DNA of 64,000 nucleotides, taken from NCBI GenBank assembly GCA_963816145.1, contig CAWFJP010000003.1, positions 352,001 to 416,000 on the forward strand, written 5' to 3'. A program made the position numbers and the translations under genes. The notes under the pieces were generated by a model. It searched no databases, had not been told where the DNA came from, and saw only the letters and a list, made by a program, of their open reading frames with translations. The stretch comes from an uncultured delta proteobacterium. GTDB taxonomy: Bacteria > Desulfobacterota > Binatia > UBA9968. Below, piece by piece: positions 1 through 10,017 of this stretch. Within the stretch, counting starts at the first letter, position 1, and the number at the start of each line of letters is the position of its first letter.

Positions 1-558
1 TTTGACCATGATCGGCGCATGCTCGACGGTGGAGCCAGGAATTGCCCCCATGGTCAGCAGCTTGCCTTTCTCACCTCTGACATCGTCGAACTTGGTGATA
101 CCGGTGCGCTTATGGGCGATCATTAGGTAGCTCTCACTTACCGGCACGGCGAGATAGCGGAACTTGCCCATATCGTATTGTACCGCCGGATTGCCGAAGA
201 GCTGCTCCAATACGATGGGACCGGAGATGTTGCCTATGACCGTGCCGTCTTTGGGCGCGGCGTTGTACATATGATTGGCCGCGATCATGCTGCCGACGCC
301 GGCCATATTGTCGACCAACACGTTCGGATTGCCGGGTATGTAGCGCGACAGGTGGCGCGCGATCAACCGGGAATATTGATCGTAGCCGCCGCCGGCTGAA
401 AAGCCGACGACGATACGCACTGTCTTGCCGCGGTAAAAATCGGCGACGGCTTTCTCGTCAAAGCCGGCTTTCGGAGCGACCGGTTGGGCCGCCCATAGCG
501 ATTGCGTACAAATCGTGAGACTGACAATCACCGACAAAATCCAACTTGCTAAACTCAT
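1..558 (-). CDS. Tripartite tricarboxylate transporter substrate-binding protein (Bug/TctC family), runs off window start
   Basis: Manual translation from ATG 558 (RBS AGGAAGG): signal peptide then FYRGKTVRIVVGFSAGGGYD...ARHL...PGNP...DNMAGVGS...PKDG, typical of TctC. Not in the ORF track. Confidence 0.85.
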   Translation of the reverse strand, partial: MSLASWILSVIVSLTICTQSLWAAQPVAPKAGFDEKAVADFYRGKTVRIVVGFSAGGGYDQYSRLIARHLSRYIPGNPNVLVDNMAGVGSMIAANHMYNAAPKDGTVIGNISGPIVLEQLFGNPAVQYDMGKFRYLAVPVSESYLMIAHKRTGITKFDDVRGEKGKLLTMGAIPGSTVEHAPIMVK

Positions 559-669
559 CTAGTTACCTTCCTGCATGTTGCTCTTTATGGTTGCACCCAT
601 CGATCGGATCTCGTGTTGATGATTTAGACGATGGCGAAGACTGGACCTTCAGATACTTAAATTACCGCT

Positions 670-1641
670 TTAAAGGTTTTCCAGTTTCTTCAATGTCGCG
701 CCGTAATCCTCCACCGCTTTGTCGATCGGATAATCGGGCTCATAGCCGAGCTGATCCTTGGCGCGCGAGAAGTCGCTCGATAACCGGGACTCTGGATAAG
801 GCATGGGATTTTCAGCTTTGACCAGCTCGATGTTGGAGCCGGGGAATTTTTGGCGGATCGCTTGAACGATGTCCTCGCCGCTAACCATGTCGGCATTGCC
901 GATATGAAAGAGCGTATCCTTGAACTTGTCCTTACACACCGCCAGGACAGTTCCCTTGGCGGCATCCTTGCCGTAGAGAATTTCCGACGGACCATAAGGC
1001 CAATTAATCTTTGCCGCCTCGCCTTTGACTGCGGCGCGAACCATTTGTTGAATCGCGATCTCCCGCGTCGCTTTGAGCGCCGCCGGTGACGGTCCATAGA
1101 GCCCGCCGGTGTAGCGAAGGCAGATGAACTCAAAGCCGTAGCGTTTGGCGTAGGCGCGGCCCATAAATTCGCAGCTCGCCTTGGTCGCAGCGTAAACCGA
1201 CGGTGGGTTCATCGGGATATTCTCGTCGATTTGCTTGATGCCCTCGCCAAGAGAACCAAGATAGACGGTTCCGGAACTCGGGAATACCACGCGCTTGACG
1301 TTTTCCAGGCGGGCCGCCTCAAAGACATTGATGGTGCCCATGAAGTTCAGACGCACGCCGCTGTAGGGGCGGCGCTGGACCTCCTCACCGAGAAAGGCTG
1401 CCAGGTGAATGATCTGATCGCAATCGTGGTCGCGGACCGCCGAGATCAGCGCCGGCATGTCCGCCATGTCGCCGCGGATCATCGTCACCTTGCTAGTGTC
1501 GACGCCGACGGCGCCGAGCAACCGCTCGTTGAGCGCGACGTCAAAGATGACCGGGCGCTCGCCGCGTTCCATCAGCATCTGGACTGCATAGGCGCCGACC
1601 AAACCTGAACCGCCGGTAATCAGAATGCCCTTCTTAGCCAT
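670..1641 (-). CDS. NAD-dependent epimerase/dehydratase (extended SDR)
   Basis: ITGGSGLVG, HLAA and YAATK motifs. Confidence 0.9.
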   Translation of the reverse strand: MAKKGILITGGSGLVGAYAVQMLMERGERPVIFDVALNERLLGAVGVDTSKVTMIRGDMADMPALISAVRDHDCDQIIHLAAFLGEEVQRRPYSGVRLNFMGTINVFEAARLENVKRVVFPSSGTVYLGSLGEGIKQIDENIPMNPPSVYAATKASCEFMGRAYAKRYGFEFICLRYTGGLYGPSPAALKATREIAIQQMVRAAVKGEAAKINWPYGPSEILYGKDAAKGTVLAVCKDKFKDTLFHIGNADMVSGEDIVQAIRQKFPGSNIELVKAENPMPYPESRLSSDFSRAKDQLGYEPDYPIDKAVEDYGATLKKLENL

Positions 1642-1852
1642 CTTAAAGCCCCCATGACCAAAGTCGTGCTTTCAGTATATCAAACGAGATATTGAGTCAA
1701 CGTGTATTTCCAGGGATTTGCCAATAGTTGCAAATTGCAACCATCCTACAAGTTTAACTTATACAGCGAAATAACCGCCCCGGTATGTTGACCAAAGATT
1801 AAATTCCCGCATTATGTCGGCCGTAACGTCTAACGGAATGGAGGAAAGCCTG

Positions 1853-2845
1853 ATGTCCATCAAAACCACTTTATCCACGCTAGCGGTACTGATCGCGGCG
1901 CTCCTTCTAAGCCAGCAGGTCTTCGCTCAAGAAAGACTGCGCCTGGCCTGGGCCGGTTTCAGCCCGACCAATAGTCCCATCTGGGTAATTGAAGATCGAA
2001 AACTCTTACAGAAACAAGGCGTCGAACCGGAGATCATTGCGATTAGCGCCAGTCCGACGGTTCTACAAGCGCTTCTCGCCAATGAAATCGAAGCGGCGAG
2101 CATCTCGGTAACCACTCTGACAAGCTCGCGCCTAGCCGGTGCCGATACGGTAATGATCGTTGGCGTGGTGCCGACTTTTGTCGACCATATCATTTCGCTC
2201 TCGGGCATTTCTAAAGTCGAGCAACTGAAGGGCAAAATCGGCGGCGTCAATCGCCTGGGCAGCACCTCGGATTTGGGCCTTCGGCTGGCATTGAGAAAAC
2301 TCGGAGTCGATCCGGAAAAGGACGTAAAAATCATCCCCGTAGGAGGCAACCCCGAGCGCTTTGCGGCGCTTTCCAAAGGGGTGACCCAATTCACTATTAT
2401 GCCGGAGCCATTTCTGACTCAGGCGGAGCGGCTCGGCTTTCGTAATCTCTATAATGTTTCCGAACTGAAAATTCCATTTTGGTGGAACGGAATATTGACC
2501 CGTGACAGCATCGTCAAGGCTAAACGGCCGCTGATGCTAAAGCTCGCCCGCGCCATGGTCGAAGCAATCCATATTATCAAGACCGAAAAAGACTACGCCA
2601 TCAGAATCTTCAAAAAGAATCTCGGCGTATCCGACCCTGAAGGCTTGGAACGAGCCTACAAAGATTACTCGAATATTTTCCCGGAAGTTCCCTACCCAAC
2701 AGCCGATGGCGTCAAGACCATGCTCGATGACCTTGCGCCGAAAAACCCAAAAGCGGCAAGCGCCGATCCGACGGCATTTGTCGATCAGAGCCTAATCAAA
2801 GAATTAGACTCGTCAGGCTTCATCAAACAGCTGTACAAGAAGTAA
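1853..2845 (+). CDS. NMT1/SsuA-like ABC substrate-binding protein (orphan)
   Basis: Signal peptide, LKGKIGGVNRLGSTSD, C-terminal FVDQSLIKELDSSGFI; GGAGG RBS before ATG 1853. Confidence 0.85.
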   Translation: MSIKTTLSTLAVLIAALLLSQQVFAQERLRLAWAGFSPTNSPIWVIEDRKLLQKQGVEPEIIAISASPTVLQALLANEIEAASISVTTLTSSRLAGADTVMIVGVVPTFVDHIISLSGISKVEQLKGKIGGVNRLGSTSDLGLRLALRKLGVDPEKDVKIIPVGGNPERFAALSKGVTQFTIMPEPFLTQAERLGFRNLYNVSELKIPFWWNGILTRDSIVKAKRPLMLKLARAMVEAIHIIKTEKDYAIRIFKKNLGVSDPEGLERAYKDYSNIFPEVPYPTADGVKTMLDDLAPKNPKAASADPTAFVDQSLIKELDSSGFIKQLYKK

Positions 2846-3030
2846 CTTGCCCGACGCAGGGTGTGATTTGGGGAGTGAGGCGCGCAGCCTTGCTCCCCTT
2901 TTTACACCAAGTCACATGGCGCTTTGCGCAATACCGGCCGGCCGTGAGAGCTTGAACGCTTGAAATTCGTTGATCGACTGGGATAAGGAACATTGATCCG
3001 AAGCGCCAAAGTACAGGGGAGGCAGGACTC

Positions 3031-3864
3031 ATGGCGGAAATCATTTTAAAAGACGAGCACGACATGCTCCGTCCAGGACTCGGACGACTGAAGGGTAAAG
3101 TTGCGATCATCACCGGCGCCAACAGCGGCATAGGCCGCGCCACCGCGCGGTTGTTCGCGCGCGAGGGTGCGAAGGTCGTGTGCTGCGATATTCAGGAAAC
3201 CATCTCGCCGCGCATCGACATTCTGATCAAGGAAAAAGAAGCCGGCGACGCAGTGTTCGCCCATTGCGATGTCACCAAGCAGGAAGACTTGGATCGCGCC
3301 GTCAAGACTGCCGTCGACACTTTTGGCAAGGTCGATATACTTTACAACAATGCTGGCGCCGGTATTCGCAAGAAGGTCCACGAACACACCGACGAGGAAT
3401 GGAATTTTGTCGTGAATACCAACTTGAACGCCATGTACCGCGGCGCCCGCGCGGTGATGCCGCAGTTCATCAAACAAGGCAGCGGCAACATGGTGACGAC
3501 CGCGTCGACGTTCGGTCTACTCGCCTCGGCGGAATATCCGGGCTACTGCGCCACCAAGGCGGCGATCATCAATCTGACCCGGGAAATGGCCATCGATTAC
3601 GGCCCGCTGGGAATCCGCGTCAACTGCGTCTGCCCCGGCGCCATCGAAACGCCGCGCTTCAGAGGGTTTCCACCGCGGCCGACGCTCGGTGAAGGCATGA
3701 CCGACGAGCAAAGAAAGAAGATGGGCGCCAGCAATAAAGCGCTGCTGAGAATGGGCCGTCCCGAAGAGATCGCCTACGGTGTGCTCTTTTTAGTGTCTGA
3801 CGAAGCAACCTTCGTCACCGGCCACGCCCTGGTGGTCGACGGCGGACAAACCATCGCGGTGTAG
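3031..3864 (+). CDS. SDR family oxidoreductase
   Basis: TGANSGIG, NNAG, YCATK, NCVCPG. Confidence 0.92.
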   Translation: MAEIILKDEHDMLRPGLGRLKGKVAIITGANSGIGRATARLFAREGAKVVCCDIQETISPRIDILIKEKEAGDAVFAHCDVTKQEDLDRAVKTAVDTFGKVDILYNNAGAGIRKKVHEHTDEEWNFVVNTNLNAMYRGARAVMPQFIKQGSGNMVTTASTFGLLASAEYPGYCATKAAIINLTREMAIDYGPLGIRVNCVCPGAIETPRFRGFPPRPTLGEGMTDEQRKKMGASNKALLRMGRPEEIAYGVLFLVSDEATFVTGHALVVDGGQTIAV

Positions 3865-3876
3865 AGCGAAGATCCC

Positions 3877-3939
3877 GAGTAATGGAGTACTGGAGCTCTG
3901 AAGCGACGGATTGTTGCAAGAATCCGAGCTCGATACTCC
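3877..3939. repeat. 8-mer tandem-unit element (GAGTAATG GAGTACTG GAG ... GATACTCC)
   Basis: Between convergent stop codons; partial inverted arm. Confidence 0.4.
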
Positions 3940-3940
3940 T

Positions 3941-4462
3941 TTATTCCGTCTTCTTCTTGATGCATTCACAACTCTGCACCGGGCAGCTTTCACGGAACTG
4001 TTGAAACGCCAAATACGCGTCGGTGGCACTTTCGGCGTAAGGTATCTTTTCAGCCTCAACGTCGTAGATCAGATCCGTCGCGGCAATCCGGCCCCACCAG
4101 GGACGCATGAAAAGCAGTCTCTCATTGACCCACTTCACCTCTGAAAGACCGAAGAGTTCGGCAAACTCGATGCGAATCAGATAAGTCTTCTCGGCGTAGA
4201 TCGTTACCGTGCCGCTGGGCCGGCCGCCTTCGGTGATAAAGAAATAACCTTTGTTCGGCGAAAAAATACCCGGTTTAAGCAGCGTGTTGTTGAGTTTACG
4301 GATTACCGTGTTGGCTTGCCAAACGGCGTCCAAGTCGCCGCCATGAATGCTGCGCTCTTCCCGCCAGCAATCCGGTGGCGCGCCGGGCCAGAGTCTTTCA
4401 GCTGCATTGCCGACTGTAGCGCAAGCGAAACAAACGCTCAGAAGAACAATTCGAAAAAACAT
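3941..4462 (-). CDS. Hypothetical exported protein
   Basis: Signal-peptide-like N-terminus from ATG 4462; Cys-rich C-terminus; no family recognised. Confidence 0.65.
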   Translation of the reverse strand: MFFRIVLLSVCFACATVGNAAERLWPGAPPDCWREERSIHGGDLDAVWQANTVIRKLNNTLLKPGIFSPNKGYFFITEGGRPSGTVTIYAEKTYLIRIEFAELFGLSEVKWVNERLLFMRPWWGRIAATDLIYDVEAEKIPYAESATDAYLAFQQFRESCPVQSCECIKKKTE

Positions 4463-4606
4463 GGATAGCCCCGTACCGAGGATCTGCCGAAAGTAGACCA
4501 TCGATCCATCCCGTGACGGAAAGCTGCCTAGTGCAGGAATCCAACGGATTGTCATCGTTGCACTCGAGCTTGCGCTTAATCGGCAAGATCACGACGATAT
4601 TCAACG

Positions 4607-5479
4607 TCAACCAGCAGAGCCAACGGGAGGCGAAACTAGCCTCGGCGCGAGCGCCCCGGCAGATTGACCACCCAGTAGATACTCCCGAGCGAACACCTCG
4701 ATGGCGTGGGCAAGATCATTGGCCGTGCGCTCGAGGTTCGCCTGCGCGCGCAAGTTTCTCCCAAGCTCCAACTGAATGGCATCGATCTTTGTTCCCTGGT
4801 GGCTGCCATAGGTACGGGTGGTAAAACCGCCGGTGTAGCGCGTCTCGCGATCTTGGCCGGTCAAGTCCGGCAGAATTTTATAACCGATCGACGCGAGGTG
4901 TCCCAACACGCTCTTGGGTCCGCTCAGTGCAGCATTGCCAAATTGTTTTTGCAGTTGGCTAACGCTCCGACCGTTATCAGTGCCGCGGAAAATGGTCTCT
5001 GGTAGCGCCCCTTGGGCATGAATATCGAGCAACAGGCCGCCGCCCCACTGTTGTCGAATCGTCTCAGCCGATTCTTGAATCGCGCGGTGATAGCTCTCGT
5101 AATAGGGTTTGGCTTCCGGCGTTTCATAGGCTGCCCTCGGTTCGCGGTTGGCGTCGATAAATTTACGCTCGAAACGGGCGATGATCAGAAACGGTGTGAT
5201 GCCGAATTTTTCGCGCAGCTTAAGCGCTACGGTTTCAGCCAGCTCCGCCGTGTTGCCGTCTCGCTCGGCGGTGAATTGCGCCACACCGACACCCCGGCGC
5301 GGCGCGATACCCGGGATCGCCTCTCGGCCGCCATGGGGTGCCGCAAGAATGACCGGCAATGTGCCGGCCCACAAAGTTAAAAGTTTGTCGTTCTCGCCAA
5401 GATTTTGCGCGACCGCATAGGAATGCAACAGCGCGACAGCCGCAAACAACAAACAGCGGATAACTCGGACTCTAGTCAT
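4607..5479 (-). CDS. N-formylglutamate amidohydrolase-fold protein, exported
   Basis: AAPHGG, RKFIDANR, YHRAI, LLLDIH, AIQLE motifs; signal peptide. Confidence 0.75.
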   Translation of the reverse strand: MTRVRVIRCLLFAAVALLHSYAVAQNLGENDKLLTLWAGTLPVILAAPHGGREAIPGIAPRRGVGVAQFTAERDGNTAELAETVALKLREKFGITPFLIIARFERKFIDANREPRAAYETPEAKPYYESYHRAIQESAETIRQQWGGGLLLDIHAQGALPETIFRGTDNGRSVSQLQKQFGNAALSGPKSVLGHLASIGYKILPDLTGQDRETRYTGGFTTRTYGSHQGTKIDAIQLELGRNLRAQANLERTANDLAHAIEVFAREYLLGGQSAGALAPRLVSPPVGSAG

Positions 5480-5548
5480 TCGTGAGCTGTGACCTGGTGC
5501 CGGCAAGTGTCTCCAACTCCTCTGCGACTGCCCGGCTGGGCAAATCGG

Positions 5549-6274
5549 TTATTTGGGCTCCGGCATCTTGGCAGAAAGTTTCTTCACGAACTCGGGAGGA
5601 AACGGCTCGGCTTTGAGGTCACGCGCGCGCTTGGCTTTGACCCATGCTTCGGAATAGCGCTCCTGATCGTATAGCGAGATCGCCCACTCGCGCCAGCCGG
5701 ATGCAAACTTGGGATCGTTTTCCAAGCTTTCGGTGAAGCGGCTATTGGCGACGATGAAATGATGCGCCCGCTCCAATTGCTGGTCAGCGCCAAGCCGAGC
5801 GGCGTACTCCGAATGCACGTTGCCGAGATCGGCGAGCAATGCCGGTCTCTGGGTCGGATCGTCGATCAACTCTCGCGCGGTCTCAAGTTGCTCTATGGCA
5901 TCCAACAATCTGCCCCGCTCGCTCAGGATCGCGCCGAACCCCCAGAATGCGCTGTAATTTTTTGGATTGAGCAGCCAGGCATGATTGAAACGCACCATCG
6001 CCGCATCGAGTTGCTTGGCTCGCACCGCTGTCCAACCCTGCGTCGCGAAGGCCATGCTCGCCGCTTGGCGGGTCTTATAGCGCAGTGTGTTGTCACGAAT
6101 AAACGCTTCATCGGCTTGCTTCTGCTTGTCCGATCGGGCAACTTTCGGCTGGCCGAACATGGGCAGCGTGTCCGTGATGTCCGAAGTTTCCGCGGCCCGC
6201 GCCACTGCCGTCAGCGACATGACTAACCCTAAGACCAAGATCCCCAAGAAACCAAAGCCGCGCAAAGTTCTCAT
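5549..6274 (-). CDS. Exported TPR-repeat protein
   Basis: PMFG motif, AMVRFNHAWLLNPKNYSAFWGFG TPR-like helices. Confidence 0.75.
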   Translation of the reverse strand: MRTLRGFGFLGILVLGLVMSLTAVARAAETSDITDTLPMFGQPKVARSDKQKQADEAFIRDNTLRYKTRQAASMAFATQGWTAVRAKQLDAAMVRFNHAWLLNPKNYSAFWGFGAILSERGRLLDAIEQLETARELIDDPTQRPALLADLGNVHSEYAARLGADQQLERAHHFIVANSRFTESLENDPKFASGWREWAISLYDQERYSEAWVKAKRARDLKAEPFPPEFVKKLSAKMPEPK

Positions 6275-6337
6275 TCAAACGACCGCCTTTAACTGACGCA
6301 TAGTCGCTGCTTTTCTGATTAGACGCAATAACTCACC

Positions 6338-6367
6338 TTGACACCTAAAAACATCTAAGGCTATTTT
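6338..6367 (+). promoter_or_regulatory. Putative sigma70 promoter of the SDR-hydrolase-SBP operon
   Basis: TTGACA-N18-TATTTT. Confidence 0.5.
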
Positions 6368-6397
6368 GACGGCAAATCAATTTACTGGAGAAATTTT

Positions 6398-7168
6398 ATG
6401 ATTCAAGGATTGAAAGACAAAGTGGTCATCGTCACCGGCGGCGGCCATGGCATCGGGCGAGCCTATTGTCACGGCTTCGCCGAAGCGGGAGCAAAAGTCG
6501 TGGTCGCCGATATCGACGCGCCGGCCGCCGAAAAAGTCGCCGGCGAGGTGGTCAAACAGTTCGACGGCAAAGCGCTGGCGGCGAAAGTCGATGTTGCCAA
6601 CGAGCAATCGACCAAAGACATGGCCAAACTGGCGCTCGACAAGTTCAATCGCATCGACGTGCTGGTCAACAACGCGGCAATCTTCTCGACCATTCCGATG
6701 AACCGCGGCGGCATCGACACCATTGACCCAGCAGAATGGGACCGCATGATGACGGTCAATCTCAAAGGTTTATTTTTCTGCACCCGCGCCGTGTTGCCGG
6801 CCATGCGCCAACAAAAGGCCGGTAAGATCATCAACATTTCTTCCGGCACCGCGCTCAACGGCAGCGCCGGGCGCATCCATTACGTCACCTCGAAGGCAGG
6901 TGTAATCGGCTTCACCCGGACTTTAGCTCGTGAAGTCGGCGAAGACAACATCAATGTCAATGCCATCGCCCCGGGCTCGACCTTGTCGGAAGAAAATCCC
7001 ACCGAAGAAGTTCTCAAGATGCGCGGCGCCCGCTTGGCCGACCGCGCGTTGAAGCGCGTGCAGTTGCCCAAGGATCTCGTCGGCACCATGTTATTCCTCG
7101 CCTCGCCGTTGAGCGACTTCATGACCGGGCAGACCGTTGCCGTCGACGGCGGCGTCTGCTTTCTATAG
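6398..7168 (+). CDS. SDR family oxidoreductase (FabG-like)
   Basis: TGGGHGIG, NNAA, YVTSK, NAIAPG. Confidence 0.92.
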   Translation: MIQGLKDKVVIVTGGGHGIGRAYCHGFAEAGAKVVVADIDAPAAEKVAGEVVKQFDGKALAAKVDVANEQSTKDMAKLALDKFNRIDVLVNNAAIFSTIPMNRGGIDTIDPAEWDRMMTVNLKGLFFCTRAVLPAMRQQKAGKIINISSGTALNGSAGRIHYVTSKAGVIGFTRTLAREVGEDNINVNAIAPGSTLSEENPTEEVLKMRGARLADRALKRVQLPKDLVGTMLFLASPLSDFMTGQTVAVDGGVCFL

Positions 7169-7178
7169 AAGTAATCCC

Positions 7179-8015
7179 ATGGCCGGATATCAACACCGCA
7201 CGATTCACATCGGCGACATTAAAACCCATTTCCTGGAAGCCGGCAGCGGTCCCGATCTCGTTTTGCTACATGGCGGTGAATACGGCGCCTCGGCGGAGAT
7301 CACTTGGCGCCATAACATCGAAGCGTTGGCTAAAACGTTTCACGTCATTGCTCCGGATACCTTAGGTTGGGGACAGACGGACAAAGTTTACAGTTTCAGC
7401 GACCCCGCCGGCCTGCGCATCAAACATCTGCAGCGGTTCCTCGAATCGTTGGGCATCGGCAAGGCGTTCTTTGTCGGCAACTCCGCCGGCGGCGGCCTGG
7501 TGTTGCGCGCGTCGGTGCGCCAACCGGCGCCGCTGCAAATTCGCAAAATGGTCACCATCTGCGGCAATGCCAGTGTGTTTAAGACCCATTCGCAAGCGGA
7601 CTTGGAAAACTATACGCCGTCGCTGGATAACATGAAAAAGATCGTTGCACTGCTTTTCCACGATAAAAAGTGGCAGAGCGATGAAATCATTCGCGAGCGT
7701 TATGAAAGCTCGATCTTGCCCGGCGCCTGGGAAACCCTGTCGGCGGCGCGCCTGCGCAGCCCCGTGCATCAAGTCCGCTCGACCACCGACGAGTTCGTCA
7801 AGCAGTTGGCGCAGTTGACCATTCCGCTGCTGCTCATGTCCTGCGAGCATGATCCGCTCAACCAAAGCGATTGGGACCTGAACTTGCAAAAAATTATCCC
7901 CGGCTCCAAGGTGCATCGCTTTGAACATTCGGCCCATGAGCCGCAGATCGAGGAGAGCGAAGAGTTCAATCGGGTGCTGAGCGAATTTTTACTAAGCGAG
8001 GGAAACAAACCATGA
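7179..8015 (+). CDS. Alpha/beta hydrolase, meta-cleavage-product (C-C) hydrolase-like
   Basis: LLHGG, GNSAGG nucleophile elbow, HSAHEPQIE catalytic His. Confidence 0.8.
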   Translation: MAGYQHRTIHIGDIKTHFLEAGSGPDLVLLHGGEYGASAEITWRHNIEALAKTFHVIAPDTLGWGQTDKVYSFSDPAGLRIKHLQRFLESLGIGKAFFVGNSAGGGLVLRASVRQPAPLQIRKMVTICGNASVFKTHSQADLENYTPSLDNMKKIVALLFHDKKWQSDEIIRERYESSILPGAWETLSAARLRSPVHQVRSTTDEFVKQLAQLTIPLLLMSCEHDPLNQSDWDLNLQKIIPGSKVHRFEHSAHEPQIEESEEFNRVLSEFLLSEGNKP

Positions 8016-9022
8016 AGATCGGAAGGATCCGGCAGATCGGGCCGAGCGGTCTGATCGTTTGCGTCGTTGTGGGTGTTTTGGCATCGGCGAGCGCCCACGC
8101 CCAGCTCACCCGGCTCAAGACTTCCTACAGTGCCTTGACTGCGAATATGGCAGCTTACTGGCTCGCCAAAGAGGCCAAGATTTTTGAAAAACATGGTTTA
8201 AGCGTCGACGTAGTACTGATCGAAAGCGGCGTGACCACGGTGCAGGCGCTCACCGCCGGCGAAACCCAGATCGCCATGGGCGGCGGCACGGTTGCGGTAA
8301 GCAGCAATCTCGCCGGCAGCGACATCGTGTCGATATCCAGCATCGAAAGCCGTATGCCCTATGCGCTGCTCACACAAAAAGAAATTAAGACCTTCGAGCA
8401 ACTCAGAGGAAAAAAGATGGCTGTCTCGCGCTTCGGCAGCGCGTCCGATTTGGCCGCGCGCTTGATCCTGCAACGCTACGGCCTAATACCCGACAAAGAT
8501 GTGACCCTCCTCCAAACCGGCGGCACCAGCACACGGCTATCCGCGTTGAGTAAGCGTAGTATCGACTCAACGGTGCTAACCCCCGAGTTTTTCAACCTCG
8601 GCAAGAAAGCCGGCTTTACTATCCTGGTCGACCCAACTCAATACGACATCCCCTTTCCCCAGCTTGAAGTGATCACCAGTCGGGCTTTTTTGAAATCGCA
8701 ACCGGATATCGCCACACGTTACATGCGCGCCATCATTGAAGGCATCCACATGGTGAAAAATAATCCCGAACCGTCGATCAGTGCGCTCAGGAAATATTTA
8801 AAGATCGACGACCGTGAAGCCTTGGAAGAAGTCTATCGGCTGTACAAGGAACTCTATCAACCGATTCCCCACCCGTCCCCAGCCGCGATCCAAACTCAAC
8901 TTACTTGGATGGGTGAGAAAGATCCGCGCGCCAAAGCTGCCAAACCCGAACAGTTCATCGATGGCTCAATTTTGCGTGAGATCGAGAAAAGCGGTTTCGT
9001 GGCGAAACTCTACCAAAAGTAG
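8012..9022 (+). CDS. NMT1/SsuA-like ABC substrate-binding protein (orphan)
   Basis: FEKHGLSVDVV, LRGKKMAVSRFGSASD, KPEQFID. Confidence 0.88.
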   Translation: MKIGRIRQIGPSGLIVCVVVGVLASASAHAQLTRLKTSYSALTANMAAYWLAKEAKIFEKHGLSVDVVLIESGVTTVQALTAGETQIAMGGGTVAVSSNLAGSDIVSISSIESRMPYALLTQKEIKTFEQLRGKKMAVSRFGSASDLAARLILQRYGLIPDKDVTLLQTGGTSTRLSALSKRSIDSTVLTPEFFNLGKKAGFTILVDPTQYDIPFPQLEVITSRAFLKSQPDIATRYMRAIIEGIHMVKNNPEPSISALRKYLKIDDREALEEVYRLYKELYQPIPHPSPAAIQTQLTWMGEKDPRAKAAKPEQFIDGSILREIEKSGFVAKLYQK

Positions 9023-9049
9023 CACCGCCCCTGGCAGCTCACGACTAGG

Positions 9050-10000
9050 TTACTTCACCTTGATGCCAAGATCTCGCTGCGCTTCGCGTAGAATTGACAG
9101 ATCGGAGACTTCGCTGAGTGCGATTTCCCGATCGACTCTCGTCACCGACTTGATGTCTTCGATGAGTCTGCGCAGACCGTCTTCCGGCAGATTCCCGTCG
9201 TCGTTAAAACCCTTCACCAGCGAGCTATAAAGCGCGGTGGCGGCCTCTTTATCGAGCCGGTACGTGCTCATCAACACTTCGATGGTTCCATCGCGATTGG
9301 TGTGCATGTAGCGGTTGGCTTTGATGCCGGCCCTGATCAGCCGGCGAATCTCATCTGGCCGCTCCTTGATCTTCCGCGAATGAGCGATCAGGCCGCTGAT
9401 CGGGTAGGTAAATAGATCTTCCGCTCGCGCCAAAACGTTCAAACCCAACCTCCGACTACGATAATCCCACGGCACCGGCATCACCTGAGCATCGATCTGC
9501 CCCTGGCTCATTCGAACCAGCGCGGTCTCGCCGCCGGGACTACCGATAAATTTCATGTCTTTGTCGGGGTCATAGCCAAAATGCTTCATCATCAACCTTG
9601 CGACCAGATCAGGGGCGGTGCCCGGCGAAGCGCCGATGGTCTTGCCCTTGAGGTCTTTGATGGTTTTGATCTCGGCGCGACTGACCAACACGAAATGCGC
9701 CACAGGCCGAAAGCAAACCACGATCCTGGTCGGCAGCTGGCCCTGAACCATGGCGCGTATGGCCGAGCCAAAGCCCGTGAAGTAGTCGATGTCGCCGTTT
9801 GCCAGCGCCACATTTGCCACCGGTCCCGTAATCGTAATAAGCTCAGCATCGAATCCCTCGTCCCGCAAATAACCGCGCTTTTGCGCCAAGGGAAGCGTGA
9901 ATTGGCCCGCGTCGTTAGGCATGCCGATGCGAATCCTGTCCGCCGCTTGAGCTGAAGTATGCAGCACGCAAATAACCATGAAGGTGGCGAGGTACAGCAT
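9050..10000 (-). CDS. NMT1/SsuA-like ABC substrate-binding protein (orphan)
   Basis: GYLRDEGFDAEL, DLKGKTIG, signal peptide. Confidence 0.85.
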   Translation of the reverse strand: MLYLATFMVICVLHTSAQAADRIRIGMPNDAGQFTLPLAQKRGYLRDEGFDAELITITGPVANVALANGDIDYFTGFGSAIRAMVQGQLPTRIVVCFRPVAHFVLVSRAEIKTIKDLKGKTIGASPGTAPDLVARLMMKHFGYDPDKDMKFIGSPGGETALVRMSQGQIDAQVMPVPWDYRSRRLGLNVLARAEDLFTYPISGLIAHSRKIKERPDEIRRLIRAGIKANRYMHTNRDGTIEVLMSTYRLDKEAATALYSSLVKGFNDDGNLPEDGLRRLIEDIKSVTRVDREIALSEVSDLSILREAQRDLGIKVK

Positions 10001-10017
10001 CTTTCATCCCTCCAGAG

